DNA of 64,000 nucleotides from Heterodontus francisci (GCF_036365525.1 NC_090378.1:121009593-121073592); one strand, 5' to 3'; positions 1 through 18,069 are shown, counted from the stretch's first letter. Notes: generated by a model not told the origin, from the sequence alone. Made by a program: numbers and translations.

Positions 1-899
1 ATAATGGACACACAGTCCCACCTCCTGGACTGACACATCCCACAGTTATATATAATATATAATAATGGACACACAGTCCCACCTCCTGGACTGACACATC
101 CCACAGCTATATATAATATATAATAATGGACACAGAGTCCCACCTCCTGGACTGACACATCCCACAGTTATATATAATATATAATAATGGACACAGAGTC
201 CCACCTCCTGGACTGACACATCCCACAGTTATATATAATATATAATAATGGACACACAGTCCCACCTCCTGGACTGACACATCCCACAGTTATATATAAT
301 ATATAATAATGGACACACAGTCCCACCTCCTGGACTCACACATCCCACAGTTATATATAATATATAATAATGGACACACAGTCCCACCTCCTGTACTGAG
401 ACATCCCACAGTTATATATAATATATAATAATGGACACACAGTCCCACCTCCTGGACTGACACATCCCACAGTTATATATAATATATAATAATGGATACA
501 CAGTCCCACCTCCTGGACTGACACATCCCACAGCTATATATAATATATAATAATGGACACACAGTCCCACCTCCTGGACTGACACATCCCACAGTGATAT
601 ATAATATATAATAATGGACACACAGTCCCACCTCCTGTACTGAGACATCCCACAGTTATATATAATATATAATAATGGATACACAGTCCCACCTCCTGTA
701 CTGAGACATCCCACAGTTATATATAATATATAATAATGGACACACAGTCCCACCTCCTGTACTGAGACATCCCACAGTTATATATAATATATAATAATGG
801 ACACACAGTCCCACCTCCTGTACTGACACATCCCACAGTTATATATAATATATAATAATGGACACACAGTCCCACCTCCTGTACTGAGACATCCCACAG

Positions 900-1870
900 T
901 TATATATAATATATAATAATGGACACACAGTCCCACCTCCTGGACTGACACATCCCACAGTTATATATAATATATAATAATGGACAAATAGTCCCACCTC
1001 CCGGACTGAGACATCCCACAGCTATATATAATATATAATAATGGACACACAGTCCCACCTCCCGTACTGACGCATCCCACAGTGATATATAATATATAAT
1101 AATGGACACACAGTCCCACCTCCTGGACTGACACATCCCACAGTTATATATAATATATAATAATGGATACACAGTCCCACCTCCTGGACTGACACATCCC
1201 ACAGTGATATATAATATATAATAATGGACACACAGTCCCACCTCCTGGACTGACACATCCCACAGTTATATATAATATATAATAATGGACAAATAGTCCC
1301 ACCTCCCGGACTGAGACATCCCACAGCTATATATAATATATAATAATGGACACACAGTCCCACCTCCCGTACTGACGCATCCCACAGTGATATATAATAT
1401 ATAATAATGGACACACAGTCCCACCTCCTGGACTGACACATCCCACAGTTATATATAATATATAATAATGGATACACAGTCCCACCTCCTGGACTGACAC
1501 ATCCCACAGTGATATATAATATATAATAATGGACACACAGTCCCACCTCCTGGACTGACACATCCCACAGTTATATATAATATATAATAAAGGACACACA
1601 GTCCCACCTCCTGTACTGACACATCCCACAGTTATATATAATATATAATAATGGACACACAGTCCCACCTCCCGTACTGACGCATCCCACAGTGATATAT
1701 AATATATAATAATGGACACACAGTCCCACCTCCTGGACTGACACATCCCACAGTTATATATAATATATAATAATGGACACACAGTCCCACCTCCTGGACT
1801 GACACATCCCACAGTTATATATAATATATAATAATGGACACAGAGTCCCACCTCCTGGACTGACACATCC
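900..1870. repeat. 5-monomer (305-bp) higher-order repeat, ~3 copies
   Basis: Diagnostic variant CCCGTACTGACGC at 1061, 1366, 1671; ACAAATAGTCC...CCGGACTGAG at ~985 and ~1290. Confidence 0.9.
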
Positions 1871-3299
1871 CACAGTTATATATAATATATAATAATGGAC
1901 ACACAGTCCCACCTCAGGTACTGACACATCCCACAGTTATATATAATATATAATAATGGACACACAGTCCCACCTCCTGGACTGACACATCCCACAGTTA
2001 TATATAATATATAATAATGGATACACAGTCCCACCTCCTGGACTGACACATCCCACAGCTATATATAATATATAATAATGGACACAAAGTCCCACCTCCT
2101 GGACTGAAACATCCCACAGTTATATATAATATATAATAATGGACACACAGTCCCACCTCAGGTACTGAAACATCCCACAGTTATATATAATATATAATAA
2201 TGGACACACAGTCCCACCTCCTGTACTGACACATCCCACAGTTATATATAATATATAATAATGGACACACAGTCCCACCTCCTGGACTGACACATCCCAC
2301 AGTTATATATAATATATAATAATGGACACACAGTCCCACCTCAGGTACTGAAACATCCCACAGTTATATATAATATATAATAATGGACACAGAGTCCCAC
2401 CTCCTGTACTGACACATCCCACAGTTATATATAATATATAATAATGGACACACAGTCCCACCTCCTGGACTGACACATCCCACAGTTATATATAATATAT
2501 AATAATGGACACACAGTCCCACCTCCTGGACTGACACATCCCACAGTTATATATAATATATAATAATGGACACACAGTCCCACCTCAGGTACTGAAACAT
2601 CCCACAGTTATATATAATATATAATAATGGACACACAGTCCCACCTCCTGGACTGACACATCCCACAGTTATATATAATATATAATAATGGACACACAGT
2701 CCCACCTCCTGTACTGACACATCCCACAGTTATATATAATATATAATAATGGACACACAGTCCCACCTCCTGGACTGACACATCCCACAGTTATATATAA
2801 TATATAATAATGGATACACAGTCCCACCTCCTGCACTGACACATCCCACAGCTATATATAATATATAATAATGGACACACAGTCCCACCTCAGGTACTGA
2901 AACATCCCACAGTTATATATAATATATAATAATGGACACAGAGTCCCACCTCCTGGACTGACACATCCCACAGTTATATATAATATATAATAATGGACAC
3001 ACAGTCCCACCTCCTGCACTGACACATCCCACAGTTATATATAATATATAATAATGGACACACAGTCCCACGTCCTGCACTGAAACATCCCACAGTTATA
3101 TATAATATATAATAATGGACACACAGTCCCACCTCCTGCACTGACACATCCCACAGTTATATATAATATATAATAATGGACACACAGTCCCACGTCCTGC
3201 ACTGACACATCCCACAGTTATATATAATATATAATAATGGACACACAGTCCCACCTCCTGGACTGAAACATCCCACAGTTATATATAATATATAATAAT

Positions 3300-5200
3300 G
3301 GACACACAGTCCCACCTCCTGGACTGACACATCCCACAGTTATATATAATATATAATAATGGACACACAGTCCCACCTCAGGTACTGAAACATCCCACAG
3401 TTATATATAATATATAATAATGGACACACAGTCCCACCTCAGGTACTGAAACATCCCACAGTTATATATAATATATAATAATGGACACAGAGTCCCACCT
3501 CCTGTACTGACACATCCCACAGTTATATATAATATATAATAATGGACACACAGTCCCACCTCCTGTACTGACATGGCCCACAGTTATATATAATATATAA
3601 TAATGGACACACAGTCCCACCTCCTGGACTGACACATCCCACAGTTATATATAATATATAATAATGGACACACAGTCCCACCTCCTGGACTGACACATCC
3701 CACAGTTATATATAATATATAATAATGGACACACAGTCCCACCTCAGGTACTGAAACATCCCACAGTTATATATAATATATAATAATGGACACAGAGTCC
3801 CACCTCCTGTACTGACACATCCCACAGTTATATATAATATATAATAATGGACACACAGTCCCACCTCCTGTACTGACATGGCCCACAGTTATATATAATA
3901 TATAATAATGGACACACAGTCCCACCTCCTGGACTGACACATCCCACAGTTATATATAATATATAATAATGGACACACAGTCCCACCTCCTGGACTGACA
4001 CATCCCACAGTTATATATAATATATAATAATGGACACACAGTCCCACCTCAGGTACTGAAACATCCCACAGTTATATATAATATATAATAATGGACACAC
4101 AGTCCCACCTCCTGTACTGACACGTCCCACAGTTATATATAATATATAATAATGGACACACAGTCCCACCTCAGGTACTGAAACATCCCACAGTTATATA
4201 TAATATATAATAATGGACACACAGTCCCACGTCCTGCACTGACACATCCCACAGTTATATATAATATATAATAATGGACACACAGTCCCACCTCAGGTAC
4301 TGAAACATCCCACAGTTATATATAATATATAATAATGGACACACAGTCCCACCTCCTGGACTGACACATCCCACAGTTATATATAATATATAATAATGGA
4401 CACACAGTCCCACCTCAGGTACTGAAACATCCCACAGTTATATATAATATATAATAATGGACACACAGTCCCACCTCAGGTACTGAAACATCCCACAGTT
4501 ATATATAATATATAATAATGGACACAGAGTCCCACCTCCTGTACTGACACATCCCACAGTTATATATAATATATAATAATGGACACACAGTCCCACCTCC
4601 TGTACTGACATGGCCCACAGTTATATATAATATATAATAATGGACACACAGTCCCACCTCCTGGACTGACACATCCCACAGTTATATATAATATATAATA
4701 ATGGACACACAGTCCCACCTCCTGGACTGACACATCCCACAGTTATATATAATATATAATAATGGACACACAGTCCCACCTCAGGTACTGAAACATCCCA
4801 CAGTTATATATAATATATAATAATGGACACAGAGTCCCACCTCCTGTACTGACACATCCCACAGTTATATATAATATATAATAATGGACACACAGTCCCA
4901 CCTCCTGTACTGACATGGCCCACAGTTATATATAATATATAATAATGGACACACAGTCCCACCTCCTGGACTGACACATCCCACAGTTATATATAATATA
5001 TAATAATGGACACACAGTCCCACCTCCTGGACTGACACATCCCACAGTTATATATAATATATAATAATGGACACACAGTCCCACCTCAGGTACTGAAACA
5101 TCCCACAGTTATATATAATATATAATAATGGACACACAGTCCCACCTCCTGTACTGACACGTCCCACAGTTATATATAATATATAATAATGGACACACAG
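3300..5200. repeat. 305-bp HOR nested in a 1037-bp (17-monomer) duplication
   Basis: Variant ACATGGCCCAC at 3571, 3876, 4608, 4913 (305 within pairs, 1037 between pairs); CACGTCCCAC at 4121 and 5158. Boundaries approximate. Confidence 0.88.
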
Positions 5201-8200
5201 TCCCACCTCCTGGACTGACACATCCCACAGTTATATATAATATATAATAATGGATACACAGTCCCACCTCCTGGACTGACACATCCCACAGCTATATATA
5301 ATATATAATAATGGATACACAGTCCCACCTCCTGGACTGACACATCCCACAGCTATATATAATATATAATAATGGATACACAGTCCCACCTCCTGGACTG
5401 ACACATCCCACAGCTATATATAATATATAATAATGGATACACAGTCCCACCTCCTGGACTGACACATCCCACAGCTATATATAATATATAATAATGGATA
5501 CACAGTCCCACCTCCTGGACTGACACATCCCACAGTTATATATAATATATAATAATGGATACACAGTCCCACCTCCTGGACTGACACATCCCACAGCTAT
5601 ATATAATATATAATAATGGACACACAGTCCCACCTCCTGCACTGACACATCCCACAGTTATATATAATATATAATAATGGACTCACAGTCCCACCTCCTG
5701 CACTGACACATCCCACAGCTATATATAATATATAATAATGGATACACAGTCCCACCTCCTGGACTGACACATCCCACAGCTATATATAATATATAATAAT
5801 GGATACACAGTCCCACCTCCTGGACTGACACATCCCACAGTTATATATAATATATAATAATGGATACACAGTCCCACCTTCTGGACTGACACATCCCACA
5901 GCTATATATAATATATAATAATGGACACACAGTCCCACCTCCTGCACTGACACATCCCACAGTTATATATAATATATAATAATGGATACACAGTCCCACC
6001 TCCTGGACTGACACATCCCACAGCTATATATAATATATAATAATGGACACACAGTCCCACCTCCTGCACTGACACATCCCACAGTTATATATAATATATA
6101 ATAATGGACACACAGTCCCACCTCCTGCACTGAAACATCCCACAGTTATATATAATATATAATAATGGACACACCGTCCCACCTCCTGGACTGACACATC
6201 CCACAGTTATATATAATATATAATAATGGACACACAGTCCCACCTCAGGTACTGAAACATCCCACAGTTATATATAATATATAATAATGGACACACAGTC
6301 CCACCTCCTGGACTGACACATCCCACAGTTATATATAATATATAATAATGGACACACAGTCCCACCTCCTGCACTGACACATCCCACAGTTATATATAAT
6401 ATAGAATAATGGACACACAGTCCCACCTCCTGTACTGACACATCCCACAGTTATATATAATATATAATAATGGACACACAGTCCCACCTCCTGCACTGAC
6501 ACATCCCACAGTTATATATAATATAGAATAATGGACACACAGTCCCACCTCCTGTACTGACACATCCCACAGTTATATATAATATATAATAATGGACACA
6601 AAGTCCCACCTCCTGCACTGACACATCCCACAGTTATATATAATATATAATAATGGACACACAGTCCCACCTCCTGGACTGACACATCCCACAGTTATAT
6701 ATAATATATAATAATGGACACAAAGTCCCACCTCCTGCACTGACACATCCCACAGTTATATATAATATATAATAATGGACACACAGTCCCACGTCCTGCA
6801 CTGAAACATCCCACAGTTATATATAATATAGAATAATGGACACACAGTCCCACCTCCTGCACTGACACATCCCACAGTTATATATAATATATAATAATGG
6901 ACACACAGTCCCACGTCCTGCACTGAAACATCCCACAGTTATATATAATATATAATAATGGATACACAGTCCCACCTCCTGGACTGAAACATCCCACAGT
7001 TATATATAATATATAATAATGGACACACAGTCCCACGTCCTGCACTGAAACATCCCACAGTTATATATAATATATAATAATGGATACACAGTCCCACCTC
7101 CTGGACTGAAACATCCCACAGTTATATATAATATATAATAATGGACACAAAGTCCCACCTCCTGCACTGACACATCCCACAGTTATATATAATATATAAT
7201 AATGGACACACAGTCCCACCTCCTGTACTGACACATCCCACAGTTATATATAATATATAATAATGGACACACAGTCCCACCTCCTGCACTGACACATCCC
7301 ACAGTTATATATAATATATAATAATGGACACACAGTCCCACGTCCTGCACTGAAACATCCCACAGTTATATATAATATATAATAATGGATACACAGTCCC
7401 ACCTCCTGGACTGAAACATCCCACAGTTATATATAATATATAATAATGGACACACAGTCCCACGTCCTGCACTGACACATCCCACAGTTATATATAATAT
7501 ATAATAATGGACACACAGTCCCACGTCCTGCACTGAAACATCCCACAGTTATATATAATATATAATAATGGATACACAGTCCCACCTCCTGTACTGAAAC
7601 ATCCCACAGTTATATATAATATATAATAATGGATACACAGTCCCACCTCCTGGACTGACACATCCCACAGCTATATATAATATATAATAATGGACACAAA
7701 GTCCCACCTCCTGGACTGACACATCCCACAGTTATATATAATATATAATAATGGACACACAGTCCCACCTCCTGCACTGACACATCCCACAGTTATATAT
7801 AATATATAATAATGGACACACAGTCCCACCTCCTGCACTGACACATCCCACAGTTATATATAATATATAATAATGGACACACAGTCCCACGTCCTGCACT
7901 GAAACATCCCACAGTTATATATAATATAGAATAATGGACACACAGTCCCACCTCCTGGACTGACACATCCCACAGCTATATATAATATATAATAATGGAC
8001 ACAAAGTCCCACCTCCTGGACTGAAACATCCCACAGCTATATATAATATATAATAATGGACACAAAGTCCCACCTCCTGCACTGACACATCCCACAGTTA
8101 TATATAATATATAATAATGGACACACAGTCCCACCTCCTGCACTGACACATCCCACAGTTATATATAATATATAATAATGGACACACAGTCCCACCTCCT

Positions 8201-9104
8201 GCACTGACACATCCCACAGTTATATATAATATATAATAATGGACACACAGTCCCACGTCCTGCACTGAAACATCCCACAGTTATATATAATATAGAATAA
8301 TGGACACACAGTCCCACCTCCTGGACTGACACATCCCACAGCTATATATAATATATAATAATGGACACAAAGTCCCACCTCCTGCACTGACACATCCCAC
8401 AGTTATATATAATATATAATAATGGACACACAGTCCCACCTCCTGCACTGACACATCCCACAGTTATATATAATATATAATAATGGACACACAGTCCCAC
8501 CTCCTGCACTGACACATCCCACAGTTATATATAATATATAATAATGGACACACAGTCCCACGTCCTGCACTGAAACATCCCACAGTTATATATAATATAG
8601 AATAATGGACACACAGTCCCACCTCCTGGACTGACACATCCCACAGCTATATATAATATATAATAATGGACACAAAGTCCCACCTCCTGGACTGAAACAT
8701 CCCACAGCTATATATAATATATAATAATGGACACAAAGTCCCACCTCCTGGACTGACACATCCCACAGTTCTATATAATATATAATAATGGACACAGAGT
8801 CCCACCTCCTGGACTGACACATCCCACAGTTATATATAATATATAATAATGGACACACAGTCCCACCTCAGGTACTGAAACATCCCACAGTTATATATAA
8901 TATATAATAATGCACACACAGTCCCACCTCATGTTCTGACACATCCCACAGTTATATATAATATATAATAATGGACACACAGTCCCACCTCCTGCACTGA
9001 CACATCCCACAGTTATATATAATATATAATAATGGACACACAGTCCCACCTCCTGCACTGACACATCCCACAGTTATATATAATATATAATAATGGACAC
9101 ACAG

Positions 9105-11625
9105 TCCCACGTCCTGCACTGAAACATCCCACAGTTATATATAATATAGAATAATGGACACACAGTCTCACCTCCGGTACTGACACATCCCACAGTTATA
9201 CATAATACTTAATAATGGACACACGGTCCCACCTCCCGCACTGACACATCCCACAGGCTTATCTAATATATAATAATGCACACACAGTCCAACCTCATGT
9301 TCTGACACATCCCGTAGTTATATATAATATATAATAATGGACAGAGAGACCCACCTCCTGCACTGACACATCGCACAGTTATATATAATATATAATAATG
9401 GACACACAGTCCCACCACCCGTACTGACACATCCCACAGTAATATATAATATATAATAATGGACACACAGTCCCACCTCCTGTACTGACACATCCCACAG
9501 TAATATATAATATATAATAATGGACACACAGTCCCACCTCCTGTACTGACACATCCCACAGTTATATATAATATATAATAATGGACACACAGTCCCACCA
9601 CCCGTACTGAGACATCCCACAATTATATATAATATATAATAATGCACACACAGTCCCACCTCCTGCACTGACACATCGCACAGTTATATATAATATATAA
9701 TAATGGATACATAGTCCCACCTCCTGCACTGACACATCCCAGTTATATATAATATATAATAATGGACACACGGTCCCACCTCCCGCACTGACACATCCCA
9801 CAGGTTTATCTAATATATAAAAATGGACACACAGTCCCACCTCCTGAACTGACACATCCCACAGGTTTATCTAATATATAATAATGGACACACAGTCCCA
9901 CCTCATGTTCTGACACATCCCACAGTTATATATAATATATAATAATGGACACACGGTCCCACCTCCCGCACAGACACATCCCACAGGTTTATCTAATATA
10001 TAATAATGAACACACAGTCCCACCTCCCGCACTGACACATCCCATAGGTTTATCTAATATATAATAATGGACACACAGTCCCACCTCATGTTCTGACACA
10101 TCCCACAGTTATATATAATATATAATAATGGACACACGGTCCCACCTCCCGCACAGACACATCCCACAGGTTTATCTAATATATAATAATGGACACACAG
10201 TCCCACCTCCTGTACTGACACATCCCACAGTTATATATAATATATAATAATGGACACACGGTCCCACCTCCCGCACTGACACATCCCACAGGTTTATCTA
10301 ATATATAATAATGGACACACAGTCCCACCTCATGTTCTGACATATCCCACAGTGATATATAATATATAATAATGGACACACGGTCCCAAATCCCACACTG
10401 ACACATCCCACAGTTATATATAATATCTAATAATGGACACACAGACTCACCTCCGGTACTGACACATCCCACAGTTATATATAATATATAATAATGGACA
10501 CACAGTCCCACCGCCTGCACTGACACATCCCACAGTTATATATAATATATAATAATGGACACACAGTCCCACCTCCCGCACTGACACATCCCACAGGTTT
10601 ATCTAATATATAATAATGGACACACAGTCCCACCGCCTGCACTGACACATCCCACAGTTACATATAATATATAATAATGGACACACAGTCCTACGTCCTG
10701 CACTGAAACATCCCACAGTTATATATAATACTTAATAATGCAGACACAGTCCCACCTCCCGCACTGACACATCCCACAGGTTTATCTAATATATAACAAT
10801 GCACATACGGTCCCACCTCATGTACTGACACATCCCACAGTTATATATAATATATAATAATGGACACACAGTCCCACCTCATGTTCTGACACATCCCACA
10901 GTTATATATAATAGATAATAATGGACACTGAGTCCCACCTCCCGCACTGACACATCCCACAGGTTTCTATAATATATAACAATTGACACACAGTCCCACC
11001 TCCTGTACTGACACATCCCACAGTTATATATAATATATAATAATGGACACACAGTCCCACCTCCTGTACTGGCACATCCCACAGTTATATATAATATATA
11101 ATAATGGACACACAGTCCCACCTCCTGTACTGGCACATCCCACAGTTATATATAATACATAATAAAGGACACACAGTCCCACCTCCTGCACTGACACATC
11201 CCACAGTTATATATAATATATAATAATGGACACACAGTCCCACCTCCTGTACTGGCACATCCCACAGTTATATATAATACATAATAAAGGACACACAGTC
11301 CCACCTCCTGCACTGACACATCCCACAGTTCTATATAAAATATAATAATGGACACACAGACTCACCTCCGGTACTGACACATCCCACAGTTATATATAAT
11401 ATATAATAATGGACACACAGACTCACCTCCTGTACTGACACATCCCACAGTTATATATAATACATAATAATGTACACACGGTACCATCTCCTGCACTGAC
11501 ACATCCCACATTTATATATAATATATAATAATGGACACACAGTCCCAAATCCCTCACTGACACATCCCACAGTTATATATAATAGATAATAATGGACACA
11601 CAGTCCCACCTCCCGCAATGAAACA
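9105..11625. repeat. Diverged monomer block, copy 1 of a ~2.5-kb intra-array duplication
   Basis: Ordered rare variants recur 8965 bp downstream (GGCTTATCTA 9256/18221; CCCGCAATG 11612/20577); a 59-bp deleted monomer is present in both copies. Confidence 0.9.
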
Positions 11626-14600
11626 TCCCACAGTTATATATAATATATAATAATGGACACACAGTCCCACCTCCTGGACTGAAACATCCCACAGTTATAT
11701 ATAATATATAATAATGGACACACAGTCCCACCTCCTGTACTGACACATCCCACAGTTATATATAATATATAATAATGGACACACAGTCCCACCTCCCGAA
11801 CTGACACATCCCACAGTTATATATAATATATAATAATGGACACACAGTCCCACCTCCTGTACTGACACATCCCACAGTTAGATATAATATATAATAATGG
11901 ACACACAGTCCCACCTCCCGCAATGAAACATCCCACAGTTATATATAATATATAATAATGGACACACAGTCCCACCTCCTGGACTGACACATCCCACAGT
12001 TATATATAATATATAATAATGGACACACAGTCCCACCTCCTGGACTGACACATCCCACAGCTATATATAATAGATAATAATGGACACACAGTCCCACCTC
12101 CTGTACTGACACATCCCACAGTTATATATAATATATAATAATGGACACACAGTCCCACCTCCTGTACTGACACATCCCACAGTTATATATAATATATAAT
12201 AATGGACACACAGTCCCACCTCCTGTACTGACACATCTCACAGTTATATATAATATATAATAATGGACACACAGTCCCACCTCCCGCAATGAAACATCCC
12301 ACAGTTATATATAATATATAATAATGGACACACAGTCCCACCTCCTGTACTGACACATCCCACAGTTATATATAATATATAATAATGGACACACAGTCCC
12401 ACCTCCTGTACTGACACATCCCACAGTTATATATAATATATAATAATGGACACACAGTCCCACCTCCTGTACTGACACATCCCACAGTTATATATAATAT
12501 ATAATAATGGACACACAGTCCCACCTCCTGTACTGACACATCCCACAGTTATATATAATAGATAATAATGGACACACAGTCCCACCTCCTGTACTGACAC
12601 ATCCCACAGTTATATATAATATATAATAATGGACACACAGTCCCACCTCCTGTACTGACACATCCCACAGTTATATATAATATATAATAATGGACACACA
12701 GTCCCACCTCCTGGACTGAAACATCCCACAGTTATATATAATATATAATAATGGATACACAGTCCCACCTCCTGCACTGACACATCCCACAGTTATATAT
12801 AATATATAATAATGGACACACAGTCCCACCTCCTGGACTGACACATCCCACAGTTATATATAATATATAATAATGGACACACAGTCCCACCTCCTGGACT
12901 GACACATCCCACAGTTATATATAATATATAATAATGGACACACAGTCCCACCTCCTGGACTGACACATCCCACAGTTATATATAATATATAATAATGGAT
13001 ACACAGTCCCACCTCCTGCACTGACACATCCCACAGTTATATATAATATATAATAATGGACACACAGTCCCACCTCCTGGACTGACACATCCCACAGTTA
13101 TATATAATATATAATAATGGATACACAGTCCCACCTCCTGCACTGACACATCCCACAGTTATATATAATATATAATAATGGATACACAGTCCCACCTCCT
13201 GCACTGACACATCCCACAGTTATATATAATATATAATAATGGACACACAGTCCCACCTCCTGCACTGACACATCCCACAGTTATATATAATATATAATAA
13301 TGGACACACAGTCCCACCTCCTGTACTGACACATCCCACAGTTATATATAATATATAATAATGGACACACAGTCCCACCTCCTGGACTGACACATCCCAC
13401 AGTTATATACAATATATAATAATGGACACACAGTCCCACCTCCTGGACTGACACATCCCACAGTTATATATAATATATAATAATGGACACACAGTCCCAC
13501 CTCCTGGACTGAAACATCCCACAGTTATATATAATATATAATAATGGACACACAGTCCCACCTCCTGTACTGACACATCCCACAGTTATATATAATATAT
13601 AATAATGGACACACAGTCCCACCTCCTGGACTGAAACATCCCACAGTTATATATAATATATAATAATGGACACACAGTCCCACCTCCTGTACTGACACAT
13701 CCCACAGTTATATATAATATATAATAATGGACACACAGTCCCACCTCCTGGACTGACACATCCCACAGTTATATATAATATATAATAATGGACACACAGT
13801 CCCACCTCCTGGACTGACACATCCCACAGTTATATATAATATATAATAATGGATACACAGTCCCACCTCCTGCACTGACACATCCCACAGTTATATATAA
13901 TATATAATAATGGACACACAGTCCCACCTCCTGGACTGACACATCCCACAGTTATATATAATATATAATAATGGACACACAGTCCCACCTCCTGGACTGA
14001 CACATCCCACAGTTATATATAATATATAATAATGGATACACAGTCCCACCTCCTGCACTGACACATCCCACAGTTATATATAATATATAATAATGGACAC
14101 ACAGTCCCACCTCCTGGACTGACACATCCCACAGTTATATATAATATATAATAATGGACACACAGTCCCACCTCCTGGACTGAAACATCCCACAGTTATA
14201 TATAATATATAATAATGGACACACAGTCCCACCTCCTGTACTGACACATCCCACAGTTATATATAATATATAATAATGGACACACAGTCCCACCTCCTGG
14301 ACTGACACATCCCACAGTTATATATAATATATAATAATGGACACACAGTCCCACCTCCTGTACTGACACATCCCACAGTTATATATAATATATAATAATG
14401 GACACACAGTCCCACCTCCTGGACTGACACATCCCACAGTTATATATAATATATAATAATGGACACACAGTCCCACCTCCGGCACTGACACATCCCACAG
14501 TTATATATAATATATAATAATGGACACACAGTCCCACCTCCTGTACTGACACATCCCACAGTTATATATAATATATAATAATGGACACACAGTCCCACCT

Positions 14601-17600
14601 CCTGCACTGACACATCCCACAGTTATATATAATATATAATAATGGACACACAGTCCCACCTCCTGGACTGACACATCCCACAGTTATATATAATATATAA
14701 TAATGGACACACAGTCCCACCTCCTGGACTGACACATCCCACAGTTATATATAATATATAATAATGGACACACAGTCCCACCTCCTGGACTGACACATCC
14801 CACAGTTATATATAATATATAATAATGGATACACAGTCCCACCTCCTGCACTGACACATCCCACAGTTATATATAATATATAATAATGGACACACAGTCC
14901 CACCTCCTGGACTGACACATCCCACAGTTATATATAATATATAATAATGGACACACAGTCCCACCTCCTGGACTGACACATCCCACAGTTATATATAATA
15001 TATAATAATGGATACACAGTCCCACCTCCTGCACTGACACATCCCACAGTTATATATAATATATAATAATGGACACACAGTCCCACCTCCTGGACTGACA
15101 CATCCCACAGTTATATATAATATATAATAATGGACACACAGTCCCACCTCCTGGACTGAAACATCCCACAGTTATATATAATATATAATAATGGACACAC
15201 AGTCCCACCTCCTGTACTGACACATCCCACAGTTATATATAATATATAATAATGGACACACAGTCCCACCTCCTGGACTGAAACATCCCACAGTTATATA
15301 TAATATATAATAATGGACACACAGTCCCACCTCCTGTACTGACACATCCCACAGTTATATATAATATATAATAATGGACACACAGTCCCACCTCCTGGAC
15401 TGAAACATCCCACAGTTATATATAATATATAATAATGGACACACAGTCTCACCTCCTGTACTGACACATCCCACAGTTATATATAATATATAATAATGGA
15501 CACACAGTCTCACCTCCTGTACTGACACATCCCACAGTTATATATAATATATAATAATGGACACACAGTCCCACCTCCTGTACTGACACATCCCACAGTT
15601 ATATATAATATATAATAATGGACACACAGTCCCACCTCCTGGACTGACACATCCCACAGTTATATATAATATATAATAATGGACACACAGTCCCACCTCC
15701 TGGACTGAAACATCCCACAGTTATATATAATATATAATAATGGACACACAGTCCCACCTCCTGTACTGACACATCCCACAGTTATATATAATATATAATA
15801 ATGGACACACAGTCCCTCCTCCTGGACTGACACATCCCACAGTTATATATAATATATAATAATGGACACACAGTCCCACCTCCTGGACTGACACATCCCA
15901 CAGTTATATATAATATATAATAATGGACACACAGTCTCACCTCCTGTACTGACACATCCCACAGTTATATATAATATATAATAATGGACACACAGTCCCA
16001 CCTCCTGGACTGACACATCCCACAGTTATATATAATATATAATAATGGACACACAGTCTCACCTCCTGTACTGACACATCCCACAGTTATATATAATATA
16101 TAATAATGGACACACAGTCCCACCTCCTGGACTGACACATCCCACAGTTATATATAATATATAATAATGGACACACAGTCCCACCTCCTGGACTGACACA
16201 TCCCACAGTTATATATAATATATAATAATGGACACACAGTCTCACCTCCTGTACTGACACATCCCACAGTTATATATAATATATAATAATGGACACACAG
16301 TCCCACCTCCTGGACTGAAACATCCCACAGTTATATATAATATATAATAATGGACACACAGTCCCACCTCCTGTACTGACACATCCCACAGTTATATATA
16401 ATATATAATAATGGACACACAGTCCCACCTCCTGTACTGACACATCCCACAGTTATATATAATATATAATAATGCACACACAGTCCCACCTCCTGGACTG
16501 ACACATCCCACAGTTATATATAATATATAATAATGGACACACAGTCCCACCTCCCGCACTGACACATCCCACAGTTATATATAATATATAATAATGCACA
16601 CACAGTCCCACCTCCTGGACTGACACATCCCACAGTTATATATAATATATAATAATGGACACACAGTCCCACCTCCTGGACTGAAACATCCCACAGTTAT
16701 ATATAATATATAATAATGGACACACAGTCCCACCTCCTGTACTGACACATCCCACAGTTATATATAATATATAATAATGGACACACAGTCCCACCTCCTG
16801 TACTGACACATCCCACAGTTATATATAATATATAATAATGCACACACAGTCCCACCTCCTGGACTGACACATCCCACAGTTATATATAATATATAATAAT
16901 GGACACACAGTCCCACCTCCCGCACTGACACAACCCACAGTTATATATAATATATAATAATGGACACACAGTCCCACCTCCTGTACTGAAACATCCCACA
17001 GTTAGATATAATATATAATAATGGACACACAGTCCCACCTCCTGTACTGACACATCCCACAGTTAGATATAATATATAATAATGGACACACAGTCCCACC
17101 TCCTGTACTGACACATCCCACAGTTATATATAATATATAATAATGGACACACAGTCCCACCTCCTGGACTGACACATCCCACAGTTATATATAATATATA
17201 ATAATGGACACACAGTCCCACCTCCTGTACTGACACATCCCACAGTTATATATAATATATAATAATGGACTCACAGTCCCACCTCCTGGACTGACACATC
17301 CCACAGTTATATATAATATATAATAATGGACACACAGTCCCACCTCCTGTACTGACACATCCCACAGTTATATATAATATATAATAATGGACTCACAGTC
17401 CCACCTCCTGGACTGAAACATCCCACAGTTATATATAATATATAATAATGGACACACAGTCCCACCTCCTGGACTGAAACATCCCACAGTTATATATAAT
17501 ATATAATAATGGACACACAGTCCCACCTCCTGGACTGAAACATCCCACAGTTATATATAATATATAATAATGGACACACAGTCCCACCTCCTGGACTGAC

Positions 17601-18069
17601 ACGTCCCACAGTTATATATAATATATAATAATGGACACACAGTCCCACCTCCTGTACTGACACATCCCACAGTTATATATAATATATAATAATGGACACA
17701 CAGTCCCACCTCCTGGACTGACACGTCCCACAGTTATATATAATATATAATAATGGACACACAGTCCCACCTCCTGTACTGACACATCCCACAGTTATAT
17801 ATAATATATAATAATGGACACACAGTCCCACCTCCTGTACTGACACATCCCACAGTTATATATAATATATAATAATGGACACACAGTCCCACCTCCTGTA
17901 CTGACACATCCCACAGTTATATATAATATATAATAATGGACACACAGTCCCACGTCCTGCACTGAAACATCCCACAGTTATATATAATATATAATAATGG
18001 ACACAGAGTCCCACCTCCTGTACTGACACATCCCACAGTTATATATAATATATAATAATGGACACACAG

